Shown piece by piece: positions 1 to 10,377 of a DNA stretch of 64,000 bases. This DNA comes from Candidatus Omnitrophota bacterium (GTDB lineage: Bacteria; Omnitrophota; Gorgyraeia; Gorgyraeales; Gorgyraeaceae). A program made the position numbers and the translations under genes. The DNA lies in the NCBI GenBank assembly GCA_043814965.1, contig JBDRJN010000015.1:1503-65502 (forward strand), written 5' to 3'. Position 1 is the stretch's first letter. Each line of letters opens with the position of its first letter. The notes beneath the pieces were generated by a model that was given only the letters and a program-made list of their open reading frames with translations, was not told the origin of the DNA and made no database searches.

Positions 1-220
1 CATCGGTGAAGAGGCTTTGAGATTGCCAGGTAAAGAAGTAACTGCTATAAAATTAAGGCTTATACCAGATATGGGCATATTGACAGGCCTATCAAATGCC
101 CTGATACCGCCTACATATGTATGGCATGGAAAAGAGAGCCCCTATATGTGGTTACAATATGAAGGCCTGGAGAGCGGCCTTGGTTCAGAGTGTATAGTGA
201 CTTACGTTCTAGACAAATAG
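1..220 (+). CDS. 3' end of an upstream gene (partial, unknown function); open frame from position 2 to TAG at 218-220
   Basis: Frame reading IGEEALRLPGKEVTAIKLRL...VLDK* continues from before the window; no family recognised. Confidence 0.35.
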   Translation, partial: IGEEALRLPGKEVTAIKLRLIPDMGILTGLSNALIPPTYVWHGKESPYMWLQYEGLESGLGSECIVTYVLDK

Positions 221-402
221 GCCGCTCTAAAATTTTGCAATATTTTTAATAATAGATAATACTAATGAGCTACGATATGATTTGCTACCCAAGGGGCCTT
301 CTTTAATTCCTTCTTTACTTGCCCTGTCTTTCATGATAAAATAAAATTCCATCGGATCTAGTATATATGAACCTGACCATATTAACCTAATGGAGGTACA
401 TT

Positions 403-2466
403 TTGGCGGATTATACTATTAAAGATATAAGAAATATAGCATTAATATCCCATGCAGGGAGCGGTAAGACCACTCTGGCTGAAGCTATTATCCACAATGC
501 AGGGGCATCAAACCGCTTTGGAAAAATAGAGGATGGCACGACCATCAGTGATTATAGCGAAGATGAAAAAGAAAGAAAGGTCTCTATAAATTCAAGCATA
601 CTTAGTTTTAACCTACGCGGAAAACGTATTAATATAATAGATACTCCTGGATATGCTGACTTTATAGGAGAAGCTATCGCTACCTTACCAGCAGTTGACA
701 GCGCTATTGTCCTTATGGATGCCCAGGAAGGAATAGAGGTTGGAACTGAGAGAGTATGGTCTTTAGCATCCAGCTTAAATATACCAAGGGTCATATTTAT
801 AAATAAGATGAACAAGGAGAATGTTGATTTTGATAAAGTTATAGGATCCATAAAAGAAAGATTTGGCAATGGTTCGGTAGTCGTTACTATGCCAATAGGA
901 CATGGTACTGGTTTTAAGGGGGTCATAGATCTCCTTGATAAAGGAAGTATTGGTTCCACGGGTGGAACTGACAAAGAAAAGGCCGCAAAATTAAGAGATT
1001 CTTTGATCGAAGTCATAGCTGAAAACAATGACGAACTCTTAGAAAAGTATCTGGAAGGCACAGAGCTTACTCAGGATGAGATCATGAATGGGTTCAAAAA
1101 AGGGATCGCCAGCGGTAGGATATTCCCGATATTTTCTGGCTCAGCCGTAAGCGACATAGGAGTAAAAGAGTTAAATAAATATATAGTAGATGTATTTCCG
1201 TCCCCAGATGAGGCCTTGCCTAGAAAAGTGAAAGATCAATCCACAAAAGAAGAAAAGGAACTAAAGAGCGAACCTAACGGCCCATTCATTGCGCATGTAT
1301 TTAAAAGCATCTCAGATCCATACGTAGGACAGCTTACTATTTTCAGGGTATTTTCGGGCACGCTTAAATCAGACACAAGTTTTTATAATCTTACAACCCA
1401 GTCCAAAGAAAGATTTGGGCCTTTATTGGGTATGTTCGGAAAAGAGCAAAGCGCTATTACAGAGGCAATAGCAGGTGATATAGTGGCTGTTGCAAAACTT
1501 AAGAGCACTTCTACGGGGGATTCTCTTGGGACAGAAAAAGACGGGGTCTTATTTTCCGAGATGAAGTTTCCTGAGCCGGCTATCTCATTTTCAGTTAAAC
1601 CAAAGACCCGCTCAGATGAAGATAAGATCTCCACTGCCCTTCAAAAACTTTCCGCAGAGGACAATACTTTCAAGGCTTCAAGAGATGAGCAGACAAAAGA
1701 ACTTATTGTATCTGGCATGGGTGACCTGCATCTAGATATCATGATAAATCGCCTTAAGAAAAGATTTAATGTAGATGTAGAGATAGGTACTCCTAAAGTC
1801 GCTTATAAGGAGACAGTTAAAAAGAGCGCAAAGGTCCAGAATAAGCATAAAAAACAAAGCGGAGGCCATGGCCAATACGGGGATGTATGGATAGAGCTTG
1901 AGCCTCTCGAGAGGGGCAAGGGTTTTGAATTTGTTGATAAGATCGTAGGCGGAGCTATCCCTAGGAACTACATACCTGCTGTTGAAAAAGGCGTAGTAGA
2001 GGCAATGAGTAGAGGGGTAATATCCGGAAACCCAATGGTCGACGTAAGAGTGACCCTATACGATGGTTCTTATCATGACGTTGATTCGTCTGATATGTCG
2101 TTTAAAATAGCAGCAAGCGGTGCGCTTAGAAAAGCTGCGCTTGAGGCAGTGCCGATCTTGCTGGAACCTGTCATGGATGTTGATGTCATAGTGCCTGATG
2201 AGTTTATGGGTGATATTACAGGTAATCTAAATTCAAGGCGTGGAAGGATAGCTGGAATGGATGTACAGGGGAAAAGCCAGGTCATAAAGGCAAAAGTACC
2301 GCTAGCAGAGATGTTTAAGTATGCATCTGAGTTAAAATCCATGACAGGCGGAAGGGGAAGTTATAGCATGAGGTTTTCTCATTATGATGAAGTCCCTCAA
2401 AAAACAGCAGAGGGTATTATTAAAAAATATCAGGAACACAGGAAAGAAGAGCAAGAAGCCAAGTAA
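403..2466 (+). CDS. Elongation factor G family translational GTPase (EF-G paralog), TTG start
   Basis: 687 aa; G1 motif AHAGSGKTT, DTPG, NKMD; full EF-G domain architecture by length; C-term ...GRGSYSMRFSHYDEVP typical of EF-G. Confidence 0.85.
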   Translation: MADYTIKDIRNIALISHAGSGKTTLAEAIIHNAGASNRFGKIEDGTTISDYSEDEKERKVSINSSILSFNLRGKRINIIDTPGYADFIGEAIATLPAVDSAIVLMDAQEGIEVGTERVWSLASSLNIPRVIFINKMNKENVDFDKVIGSIKERFGNGSVVVTMPIGHGTGFKGVIDLLDKGSIGSTGGTDKEKAAKLRDSLIEVIAENNDELLEKYLEGTELTQDEIMNGFKKGIASGRIFPIFSGSAVSDIGVKELNKYIVDVFPSPDEALPRKVKDQSTKEEKELKSEPNGPFIAHVFKSISDPYVGQLTIFRVFSGTLKSDTSFYNLTTQSKERFGPLLGMFGKEQSAITEAIAGDIVAVAKLKSTSTGDSLGTEKDGVLFSEMKFPEPAISFSVKPKTRSDEDKISTALQKLSAEDNTFKASRDEQTKELIVSGMGDLHLDIMINRLKKRFNVDVEIGTPKVAYKETVKKSAKVQNKHKKQSGGHGQYGDVWIELEPLERGKGFEFVDKIVGGAIPRNYIPAVEKGVVEAMSRGVISGNPMVDVRVTLYDGSYHDVDSSDMSFKIAASGALRKAALEAVPILLEPVMDVDVIVPDEFMGDITGNLNSRRGRIAGMDVQGKSQVIKAKVPLAEMFKYASELKSMTGGRGSYSMRFSHYDEVPQKTAEGIIKKYQEHRKEEQEAK

Positions 2467-2467
2467 G

Positions 2468-2552
2468 GCAAAGGCCGAGAATAAGCACATTTCAATGTGC
2501 TTGTTTATGAAGGCCTTTGCGACAATAACTGTAGGGCACACTTCAGTGTGCC
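2468..2552. repeat. Nested hairpins after EF-G gene, including a degenerate REP (GTAGGGCACACTTCAGTGTGCC)
   Basis: gcaaaggcc...ggcctttgc enclosing agcacat-ttca-atgtgct; then ggcacac-ttca-gtgtgcc preceded by GTAG. Confidence 0.55.
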
Positions 2553-2567
2553 AAAAGGGGGCAACAA

Positions 2568-3308
2568 ATGTCAGGACATTCAAAGTGGGCGTCAATAAAA
2601 CATAAGAAAGCAGCAACTGATTCAAAGAGAGGAAAGGTCTTTACAAAACTAATAAAAGAGATCACTGTAGCGGCTCGTAATGGCGGAGGGGATGTAAGTA
2701 CCAATCCGCGCCTGAGGACAGCTATTGATAGGGCAAAACAAGCCAATATGCCTGCTGATAATATTGATAGGGCTGTAAAGAAAGGTACGGGAGGGCTTGA
2801 AGGAGTTACCTATGAAGAGTTTTCCATAGAAGGCTATGGCCCAGGGGGCGTTGCAATAATGGTGGATGTCTTGACTGACAACAAAAACCGTACCACAGCA
2901 GAGATCAGGAATATATTCTCCAAGAGAAATGGTAATGTTGCAGGCGCTGGAAGCGTGGCCTGGATGTTCGAGAAAAAAGGTTATATAGAGATAGACAAAA
3001 GCGCTGCCACAGAAGACAAGGTAATGGATATCGTACTTGACGCGGGAGCGCAGGACATGGAGACTCAGGATGCTGCATATTCAGTCACGACTGACCCGAA
3101 AGATTTCGAGGCTGTAAAAAAGGCTCTGGAAGATAGCAATATAAAAGTGATCAGCGCTGAAATTACTATGATACCAAAGAGTACGGTCAAACTTACGGGT
3201 GATTCTGTAAAGCAGATCCTTAATCTAGTGGAAGAGCTGGAAGATAGCGATGATTCACAAAATGTATACGCCAATTTTGACATACCAGACGAAGAGATAG
3301 GATCATAA
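2568..3308 (+). CDS. yebC: YebC/PmpR family DNA-binding transcriptional regulator
   Basis: 246 aa; MSGHSKWASIKHKKAA...RGK N-terminus diagnostic of YebC family. Confidence 0.9.
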   Translation: MSGHSKWASIKHKKAATDSKRGKVFTKLIKEITVAARNGGGDVSTNPRLRTAIDRAKQANMPADNIDRAVKKGTGGLEGVTYEEFSIEGYGPGGVAIMVDVLTDNKNRTTAEIRNIFSKRNGNVAGAGSVAWMFEKKGYIEIDKSAATEDKVMDIVLDAGAQDMETQDAAYSVTTDPKDFEAVKKALEDSNIKVISAEITMIPKSTVKLTGDSVKQILNLVEELEDSDDSQNVYANFDIPDEEIGS

Positions 3309-3314
3309 AGCATT

Positions 3315-3821
3315 ATGCGCATTCTTGGTATAGACCCAGGATTGGGGATAACAGGATATGGGCTTATCGAATTAGATAATAGATGTACTAGGCTGCTGGA
3401 AGCAGGGGTTGTCAGGACCAACCCTAACAGCAAAATAGAAAAGAGGCTTTTAGAGATATATAAAAAGATAATAAACTTGATAAATGACACAAAACCGGAT
3501 GTTGCGGTCCTGGAGGAGCTTTATTCTCACTATAAACATCCTAGGACTTCAATATTGATGGGGCATGCCAGAGGGGTCATATCTCTTGCAGTTGAAGAAA
3601 AAGGCGTAGAGCTTGTAAATTATCCAAGTACAAAAGTAAAAAAGGCTATTACCGGCAGAGGCCATGCTTCAAAATCACAGATACAAAGGACTGTAGTGAA
3701 TGTGTTAAATATCAATAGGATCCCTGAACCAGCGGATGTTACTGATGCCCTGGCTCTGGCATTGACCCATGCTAATGTATATATGCATAATCAATCGACG
3801 GTAAAGGCCAGGGCAGCGTAA
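3315..3821 (+). CDS. ruvC: Holliday junction resolvase RuvC
   Basis: 168 aa; MRILGIDPGLGITGYGLIE N-terminus; followed by ruvA, ruvB. Confidence 0.9.
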   Translation: MRILGIDPGLGITGYGLIELDNRCTRLLEAGVVRTNPNSKIEKRLLEIYKKIINLINDTKPDVAVLEELYSHYKHPRTSILMGHARGVISLAVEEKGVELVNYPSTKVKKAITGRGHASKSQIQRTVVNVLNINRIPEPADVTDALALALTHANVYMHNQSTVKARAA

Positions 3822-3846
3822 TCCCTAAAGAGGTGATTTTTAAAAT

Positions 3847-4479
3847 ATGATCTGTAAGGTTTCTGGAAAAATAATCGAAAAAAGAGAAGATTCTATAATA
3901 CTCGATATCAATAATTTCTGCTATGAGATATTGATACCAGGCGCAGTCATGAGTAACTTAGAAAAAGAGATAAAGCAGGACAACTCCATCAGCCTTATAA
4001 CCTATCATTATCATCAGATAGAACCCTCGAGGAGTTTTCCTTTTCTTATAGGTTTTCTGAATGAAATAGAGAAAGAGTTTTTCGAGAAGTTTATAACAGT
4101 CTCTGGCATAGGCCCAAAAGCAGCAGTAAGGGCCTTGAATATCCCTATACCTAAGATTGCTCAAGCTATAGATATAGGAGATGTAGTATTGTTAAAATCC
4201 CTTCCTGGCATAGGACAGCAAAGGGCAAAAGAGATCATAGCAAAACTTCAGGGAAAGATCGGTAAGTTCGGGCTTATACAGGATACCTCAGGTGAAAGTA
4301 TCCCAAGGGCCACACATAAAGAAGGCATGGTAGGCGAGGCCTTGGAGGTCTTGACCCAACTCCAGTACAAGAAGCTTGAAGCAAAAGACATGATAGACAA
4401 GGCGCTTAACCGCAATAGTGATATAAAAAGCGTAGAAGACCTATTGAACGAGGTCTATAAGCAAAAGAGCAAGAAATAA
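3847..4479 (+). CDS. ruvA: Holliday junction branch migration protein RuvA
   Basis: 210 aa; HhH region ITVSGIGPKAAVRAL; position between ruvC and ruvB. Confidence 0.85.
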   Translation: MICKVSGKIIEKREDSIILDINNFCYEILIPGAVMSNLEKEIKQDNSISLITYHYHQIEPSRSFPFLIGFLNEIEKEFFEKFITVSGIGPKAAVRALNIPIPKIAQAIDIGDVVLLKSLPGIGQQRAKEIIAKLQGKIGKFGLIQDTSGESIPRATHKEGMVGEALEVLTQLQYKKLEAKDMIDKALNRNSDIKSVEDLLNEVYKQKSKK

Positions 4480-4487
4480 CCTGGTTG

Positions 4488-4540
4488 CACGACATAAGAT
4501 GCAAGTCACATGTGTCTTGAAACTTGTGTCGTGAGACTTG
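4488..4540. repeat. Family-C palindromic repeat between ruvA and ruvB
   Basis: cacgaca...tgtcgtg outer stem, caagt-cacatgtg-...acttg inner; tail tgagacttg shared with copy at 5593-5647. Confidence 0.6.
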
Positions 4541-4550
4541 AGGCTACATT

Positions 4551-5591
4551 ATGGAAGAAAAAATAAAAGACGATCGTGAGAGATTGATCACAGCCAAAGA
4601 GACAGAAGAGGAAGTAGTCTATAATATTTCTCTTAGGCCTGAAAACCTGGATAGCTTTGTAGGGCAAAAGCATGCGATCGAAAACCTCAAGATAGCTATT
4701 GAGGCTGCGCAAAAGAGAAAAGAAAGCCTTGAGCATATACTTCTGTCAGGGCCTCCTGGCTTGGGTAAGACCACTTTAGCGCATATTATAGCGCATGAGA
4801 TGAATGCCAAGATCACTGCTACTTCAGGGCCTGCCATAGAAAGGGCTGGGGACTTGATAGGTATCCTTACGAATCTTGGAGAAGGGGATATATTATTTAT
4901 CGATGAGATACACAGGCTTTCCAAGGTCGTCGAGGAATTTATATATCCTGCGATGGAGAACTATCAGATAGATTTTTTGATAGATAAAGGGCCTTATGCC
5001 AAGACTATAAAATTTAATCTTAAAAGGTTCACTCTTATAGGCGCTACTACGCGTTCAGGGCTTTTAAGCTCGCCTCTTAGAAGTAGGTTTGGCATCTTTT
5101 ATCATCTGGATTTTTATGAAGTAGAAGACCTCATGAAGATAGTAGACCGTTCTGCTGATCTATTGGGAGTTAAATTAGGAAAGGGCGCTTCATGCGAGAT
5201 CGCAAAACGTTCCAGGGGAACCCCAAGGACCGCTAACAGGCTCCTTAGAAGAGTGAGAGACTATAGTGAAGTCAAAGGAGAGCTTGAGGTCACGAGTTCT
5301 TTAGCTGTAACTGCGCTTGAGAGCCAGAGGATAGATACTGCGGGCCTTGATGATATAGATAGAAAGGTCTTAAAAGCTGCCATAGATTTTTATAATGGAG
5401 GCCCTGTAGGCATAGAATCTCTTGCAGCGACTCTCAATGAAGAGAGTGACACCATAGTAGATGTGGTGGAACCGTTTTTGCTAAAAACAGGTTTTATAAA
5501 GCGCACTCCAAGGGGAAGAGAAGTCACTAAAAAGGCTTATGAGCATTTAAAGATACCATACAAGAAAGACAATCAGAAAGAACTGTTTTGA
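4551..5591 (+). CDS. ruvB: Holliday junction branch migration ATPase RuvB
   Basis: 346 aa; Walker [21 protein letters not shown], RuvB-specific C-terminus. Confidence 0.92.
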   Translation: MEEKIKDDRERLITAKETEEEVVYNISLRPENLDSFVGQKHAIENLKIAIEAAQKRKESLEHILLSGPPGLGKTTLAHIIAHEMNAKITATSGPAIERAGDLIGILTNLGEGDILFIDEIHRLSKVVEEFIYPAMENYQIDFLIDKGPYAKTIKFNLKRFTLIGATTRSGLLSSPLRSRFGIFYHLDFYEVEDLMKIVDRSADLLGVKLGKGASCEIAKRSRGTPRTANRLLRRVRDYSEVKGELEVTSSLAVTALESQRIDTAGLDDIDRKVLKAAIDFYNGGPVGIESLAATLNEESDTIVDVVEPFLLKTGFIKRTPRGREVTKKAYEHLKIPYKKDNQKELF

Positions 5592-5592
5592 T

Positions 5593-5647
5593 GACACAAG
5601 CTGCAAGCCGCCATACACATGTGGCTTGTGTCTTGAGACTTGTAACC
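5593..5647. repeat. Family-C palindromic repeat after ruvB
   Basis: gacacaagc...gcttgtgtc 9-bp stem, inner cacatgtg palindrome, tail ttgagacttgt. Confidence 0.6.
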
Positions 5648-5654
5648 TATTTAT

Positions 5655-6215
5655 ATGAGACTATTACTCCACATCTGCTGTGGGCCTTGCGCTATTTATC
5701 CGATAAAAAAATTGGTAGGGACGGTCAATGACCGTCCCCTGCTTGGCAAGAAATTCGATAATGTCACAGGCTTTTTTTATAATCCTAATATCCATCCTCC
5801 CAGTGAATATAAAAAACGTAGAGATACCCTGAGGGCATTGGAAAAGGATATGAATATTAAAGTTATCTATCCTGAGTATATCATGGAGGAGTATTTTAAT
5901 AATATAACACTTGATGCTGGAGCAGCGGCTAGGTGTGAGAGCTGTTGGGAAGCAAGGCTTTTATATACAGCTAGATTTGCTAAAAGAGAGGGTTTTGAGG
6001 CATTCACTACAACGCTTCTTATAAGCCCTTACCAGGACCATGAGATCATTAAGAAGATAGGAGAGAGCATATCAGATAAGGAAGATATAGAGTTTTACTA
6101 TAAAGATCTCCGAAAAGGTTTTAAGGAGTCTCAAGAAGAAGCCAAGAAGAGAGACCTTTATAGGCAGAAATATTGTGGATGCGTGTTCTCAGAATTAGAA
6201 CGGGCAAAGATATAA
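5655..6215 (+). CDS. queH: Epoxyqueuosine reductase QueH (DUF208)
   Basis: 186 aa; LLLHICCGPC motif and C-terminal CGC characteristic of QueH; neighbours queA/tgt. Confidence 0.8.
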   Translation: MRLLLHICCGPCAIYPIKKLVGTVNDRPLLGKKFDNVTGFFYNPNIHPPSEYKKRRDTLRALEKDMNIKVIYPEYIMEEYFNNITLDAGAAARCESCWEARLLYTARFAKREGFEAFTTTLLISPYQDHEIIKKIGESISDKEDIEFYYKDLRKGFKESQEEAKKRDLYRQKYCGCVFSELERAKI

Positions 6216-6216
6216 T

Positions 6217-6444
6217 ATGATCGATATAAATGGATTTGGAAAATTATTAATATTAATTGGGCTAATCATAACATTAGCAGGGATTGTATTGACTGTTGCA
6301 GGGAAAGTGCCTTGGGTAGGAAGGCTTCCTGGAGATATATTGATAAAAAAAGAAAACTTCACATTTTATTTTCCCCTAGCTACATCTATTGTCCTCAGCA
6401 TTGTCCTTTCTATGATCTTTATTTTTATAGGCCGCAGACAATGA
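6217..6444 (+). CDS. Small membrane protein, DUF2905 family
   Basis: 75 aa, two predicted TM helices, GKVPWVGRLPGD motif. Confidence 0.6.
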   Translation: MIDINGFGKLLILIGLIITLAGIVLTVAGKVPWVGRLPGDILIKKENFTFYFPLATSIVLSIVLSMIFIFIGRRQ

Positions 6445-7571
6445 TAAAAAGACCCTTTTTAGCTTTTATTGTCCTAATAGCTATTTATTTTTTTATCTGC
6501 TATAGAGTGTTTGCTATGGGAGATTCGCCGCCGCAGCATAAGCCTATTTTGATCAGGGTGCTTGTAGAAAAAGACCTCAGCGAAGTCAAGTTGTATATAA
6601 AGGGGGACTATAAAATATTGGATCCAGAGAAGAAGGTCTTGGATGAAGGCAGGTCTTTAAAAGAAAAGATCACTTCTTCTAAAAATGCTTTTTCAGGCAG
6701 CATCAGGATATTACCTGGAGAAAAGACCAATATCTATATCAATAACCGCCAATTTAGGGGTGAGATAGATATCATAAGAAAAGATGACGGAAAGCTGATG
6801 GTCATCAATCATATTGATGTAGAGGAATACTTGTACGGGGTCTTGTACCATGAAGTCTCTCATAGATGGCCAATAGAGGTCTTGAAGGCCCAGGCCATAG
6901 CCGCAAGGACTTATGCCTTATATCAAAAATTTACAACTACAAATAAGTATTTTGACCTTACTTCAGATGTATATTCTCAAATGTATGGAGGCCGTACCTC
7001 AGAGACATATATCACCAGAAAAGCCGTGAACCTTACGATGGGAGAAGTGCTTACTTACGAAGGAAAGGTCTTTCCAGCATATTTTCATGCTACGTGCGGA
7101 GGCAGCACAGCTAGTTCTAATTCTATATGGAGCATAGATCTTTTGCCTTTACGCGGAGTAAAATGCGCGTATTGTGAATTCTCACCTCATTATGCATGGA
7201 AAAAGGATTTTAAATCAATAGATATAGAAGCCAGCCTAAAAAAAGCAGGTTACGATCTAACTATAGTCTCGATAGATATATTAAAAAGAGATCCCTCCGG
7301 AAGGGTTTTAGAGATGGTAATAAAAGGAAAAGATAAACTTGTAAAGTTGGATGGGAATAAATTCAGATTGATAGTAGGGCCTGATCTAATAAGAAGCGCA
7401 GATTTCAATGTAAAGGTCTCAGGCAAATATATATTTTTTGATGGCAAAGGCTGGGGGCATGGTGTCGGTATGTGCCAATGGGGGGCATATGGTATGGCAA
7501 AAGAAGGCTGGCGATCAGAAGAGATACTAGAGTATTATTATCCTGCCTCAAAATTGATAAGGCTTGAATGA
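6441..7571 (+). CDS. SpoIID/LytB domain protein (lytic transglycosylase/amidase enhancer-like); start moved to ATG overlapping upstream stop (ATGA)
   Basis: N-terminal hydrophobic anchor MIKRPFLAFIVLIAIYFF then SpoIID-type domain (QAIAARTYAL, GHGVGMCQWGA); the track start at 6312 overlaps the DUF2905 gene in another frame. Confidence 0.75.
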   Translation: MIKRPFLAFIVLIAIYFFICYRVFAMGDSPPQHKPILIRVLVEKDLSEVKLYIKGDYKILDPEKKVLDEGRSLKEKITSSKNAFSGSIRILPGEKTNIYINNRQFRGEIDIIRKDDGKLMVINHIDVEEYLYGVLYHEVSHRWPIEVLKAQAIAARTYALYQKFTTTNKYFDLTSDVYSQMYGGRTSETYITRKAVNLTMGEVLTYEGKVFPAYFHATCGGSTASSNSIWSIDLLPLRGVKCAYCEFSPHYAWKKDFKSIDIEASLKKAGYDLTIVSIDILKRDPSGRVLEMVIKGKDKLVKLDGNKFRLIVGPDLIRSADFNVKVSGKYIFFDGKGWGHGVGMCQWGAYGMAKEGWRSEEILEYYYPASKLIRLE

Positions 7572-8611
7572 TGTTAAAGTTATCGGATTTTGATTATGGC
7601 CTGCCAAAAGAATTGATCGCCCAGTATCCTGCTGATAAGAGGGATGAAAGTAGGCTTTTGGTTTTAGATAGGGCTACTGGAAATATCTCACATCGGGCCT
7701 TCAAAGATATCATAGGATACTTCAGGGAAGGCGATATTCTAGTGATAAATAATACAAAGGTCGTGCCGTCAAGGCTGGTCGGCACGAAAGAGACAGGCGG
7801 CAAGGTCGAGGCGCTTATTTTAAATAATGAGGGTGATCTTGAAAAGCTCTCTGAATACGAAACTCTTTTAAAACCAGCCAGGGGATGCAGGATAGGCGCG
7901 AAATTATTTTTTGATAATGGCAATCTAAAAGCTGAGATCACGAGGATAGAGAATGGCAGAAGGTTTTTAAAGTTTGATGGAAAAAAAGACTTATTGAAAC
8001 TCTTGGATGAAAAAGGCCAGATGCCGCTTCCTCCGTATATAAAACGCGAAGATGAAGTATCGGATAGAGATAGATACCAGACCATCTATGCTTCTAAGAT
8101 AGGTGCAGTAGCTGCGCCTACGGCAGGGTTGCATTTTACAAAAGAGGTCTTAGCTAACCTGTCTGAAAAAGGTGTCAGCTTAGAAGAGCTTACGTTGCAT
8201 GTAGGATATGGCACATTTAAGCCTGTAAAAGAAGAAGACATTGCAAGGCATAAGATGGAAGAAGAGTTCTTTGAGGTAAGAGAAGGCCTTGTCAATAGAT
8301 TGAATAAGAGGGCTGCAAGATCTATCGTTGTGGGGACTACTACCTGCAGAGCGCTTGAAACTGTTGGAAATAAGAAAAATATCAATTTTGTAGACGGTAT
8401 CTATAGCGGCTGGACAGATAAGTTTATATATCCGCCCTATAAATTTAAGAACGTAGATTGTCTTTTGACGAATTTTCATCTTCCGAAGACAACGCTTCTT
8501 ATGCTTGTCAGCGCATTCTCTGGAAGAGAGCTTTTATTTAAGGCATACAAAGAAGCAATAAAGGAGAAATACCGCTTTTATTCCTATGGCGATTGCATGT
8601 TGATAATATAG
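7568..8611 (+). CDS. queA: S-adenosylmethionine:tRNA ribosyltransferase-isomerase QueA
   Basis: 347 aa; FDYxLP, LPPYI, GTTxxRxLE motifs. Confidence 0.92.
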   Translation: MMLKLSDFDYGLPKELIAQYPADKRDESRLLVLDRATGNISHRAFKDIIGYFREGDILVINNTKVVPSRLVGTKETGGKVEALILNNEGDLEKLSEYETLLKPARGCRIGAKLFFDNGNLKAEITRIENGRRFLKFDGKKDLLKLLDEKGQMPLPPYIKREDEVSDRDRYQTIYASKIGAVAAPTAGLHFTKEVLANLSEKGVSLEELTLHVGYGTFKPVKEEDIARHKMEEEFFEVREGLVNRLNKRAARSIVVGTTTCRALETVGNKKNINFVDGIYSGWTDKFIYPPYKFKNVDCLLTNFHLPKTTLLMLVSAFSGRELLFKAYKEAIKEKYRFYSYGDCMLII

Positions 8612-8615
8612 TAGG

Positions 8616-8699
8616 AGCGGGTCCTGCCAGCTGATTTACCCCGTAAGTGCTCGCCTTCGCTGTGCGCTTCCGGGGTCCCCAAATCAGCTGTCACCCGCT
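8616..8699. repeat. GC-rich palindromic element immediately after queA stop (GTAGGAGCGGGT...ACCCGCT); REP-like
   Basis: agcgggt/acccgct and cagctgattt/aaatcagctg inverted repeats; starts with GTAG like the other REPs in the window. Confidence 0.55.
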
Positions 8700-8739
8700 A
8701 TGAATGTTATTATTTATGTTTATGTTCGATTAGGTAGTA

Positions 8740-8907
8740 TTTAGGGTCTTCGGCACATTGGAAGCTTTTCGGCAAATGTCCGCAAGGATTTACAGCGAGA
8801 AAATGGCGGAACTGACTTGTGATCAGAAGCTATAGTGAATTCCGCCAAATTTTAGAGCTGTAAACCGTAGCGGACGGCGAAAAGATTCTGTGCCGAACGG
8901 CCCTAAA
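8740..8907 (+). ncRNA. ~168-nt extended imperfect hairpin (candidate structured RNA or MITE-like element) between queA and tgt
   Basis: Nested complementary arms: tttaggg/ccctaaa, ttcggcaca/tgtgccgaa, cttttcg+gtccgc/gcggac+cgaaaag, tttacagc/gctgtaaa, aaaatggcggaa/ttccgccaaatttt; GC content above local background. Confidence 0.4.
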
Positions 8908-8925
8908 TGCTAGCTAAAATATTAA

Positions 8926-10079
<1,154 letters not shown>

Positions 10080-10080
<1 letters not shown>

Positions 10081-10367
10081 TGATGAGTCCAGCTACACCG
10101 CAGGCGCCTGCTATAGTGCAGTTAATACCGTTTATATTTATGTTTGCTATATTTTATTTTCTTCTCATAAGGCCCCGGCAGAAAAAACAAAAGGACCTCG
10201 AGAAGATGATATCAGAGCTCAAGAAGAACGATGAGGTAGTCACCTCGAGCGGCATACATGGTACTATCGTAAACGTAAAAGATGTTACTTTTACTCTCAA
10301 GATAGACGAGAATGTAAAGATCGAGATCAACAAAAACGCAGTAGCGTATGTTAAGAAGAGTAGATAG
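10080..10367 (+). CDS. yajC: Preprotein translocase subunit YajC
   Basis: 95 aa; single TM + conserved YajC core; upstream of secDF. Confidence 0.85.
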
Positions 10368-10377
10368 GGAGGAATAA

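Noticed and set aside
552-1061. 169-aa minus-strand ORF inside the EF-G gene. Similar antisense ORFs occur at 12645-13388 (247 aa), 58487-59173 (228 aa), 24956-25354, 60529-60939 and elsewhere.
   Set aside because: All lie entirely within well-supported plus-strand genes and have low-complexity Ser/Leu/Ile-rich translations typical of shadow ORFs in AT-rich DNA. None has a recognisable family.
2384-2605. 73-aa ORF spanning the EF-G/yebC intergenic hairpins
   Set aside because: It overlaps the end of EF-G and the start of yebC and runs through the REP-like palindromes. The Lys-rich translation is an artefact of A-rich sequence.
6312-6440. 5' extension of the SpoIID-like ORF overlapping the DUF2905 gene
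   Set aside because: The extension is in a different frame across the upstream gene. The ATG at 6441 overlaps the upstream stop (ATGA) and starts exactly at the hydrophobic anchor, so that was taken as the real start.
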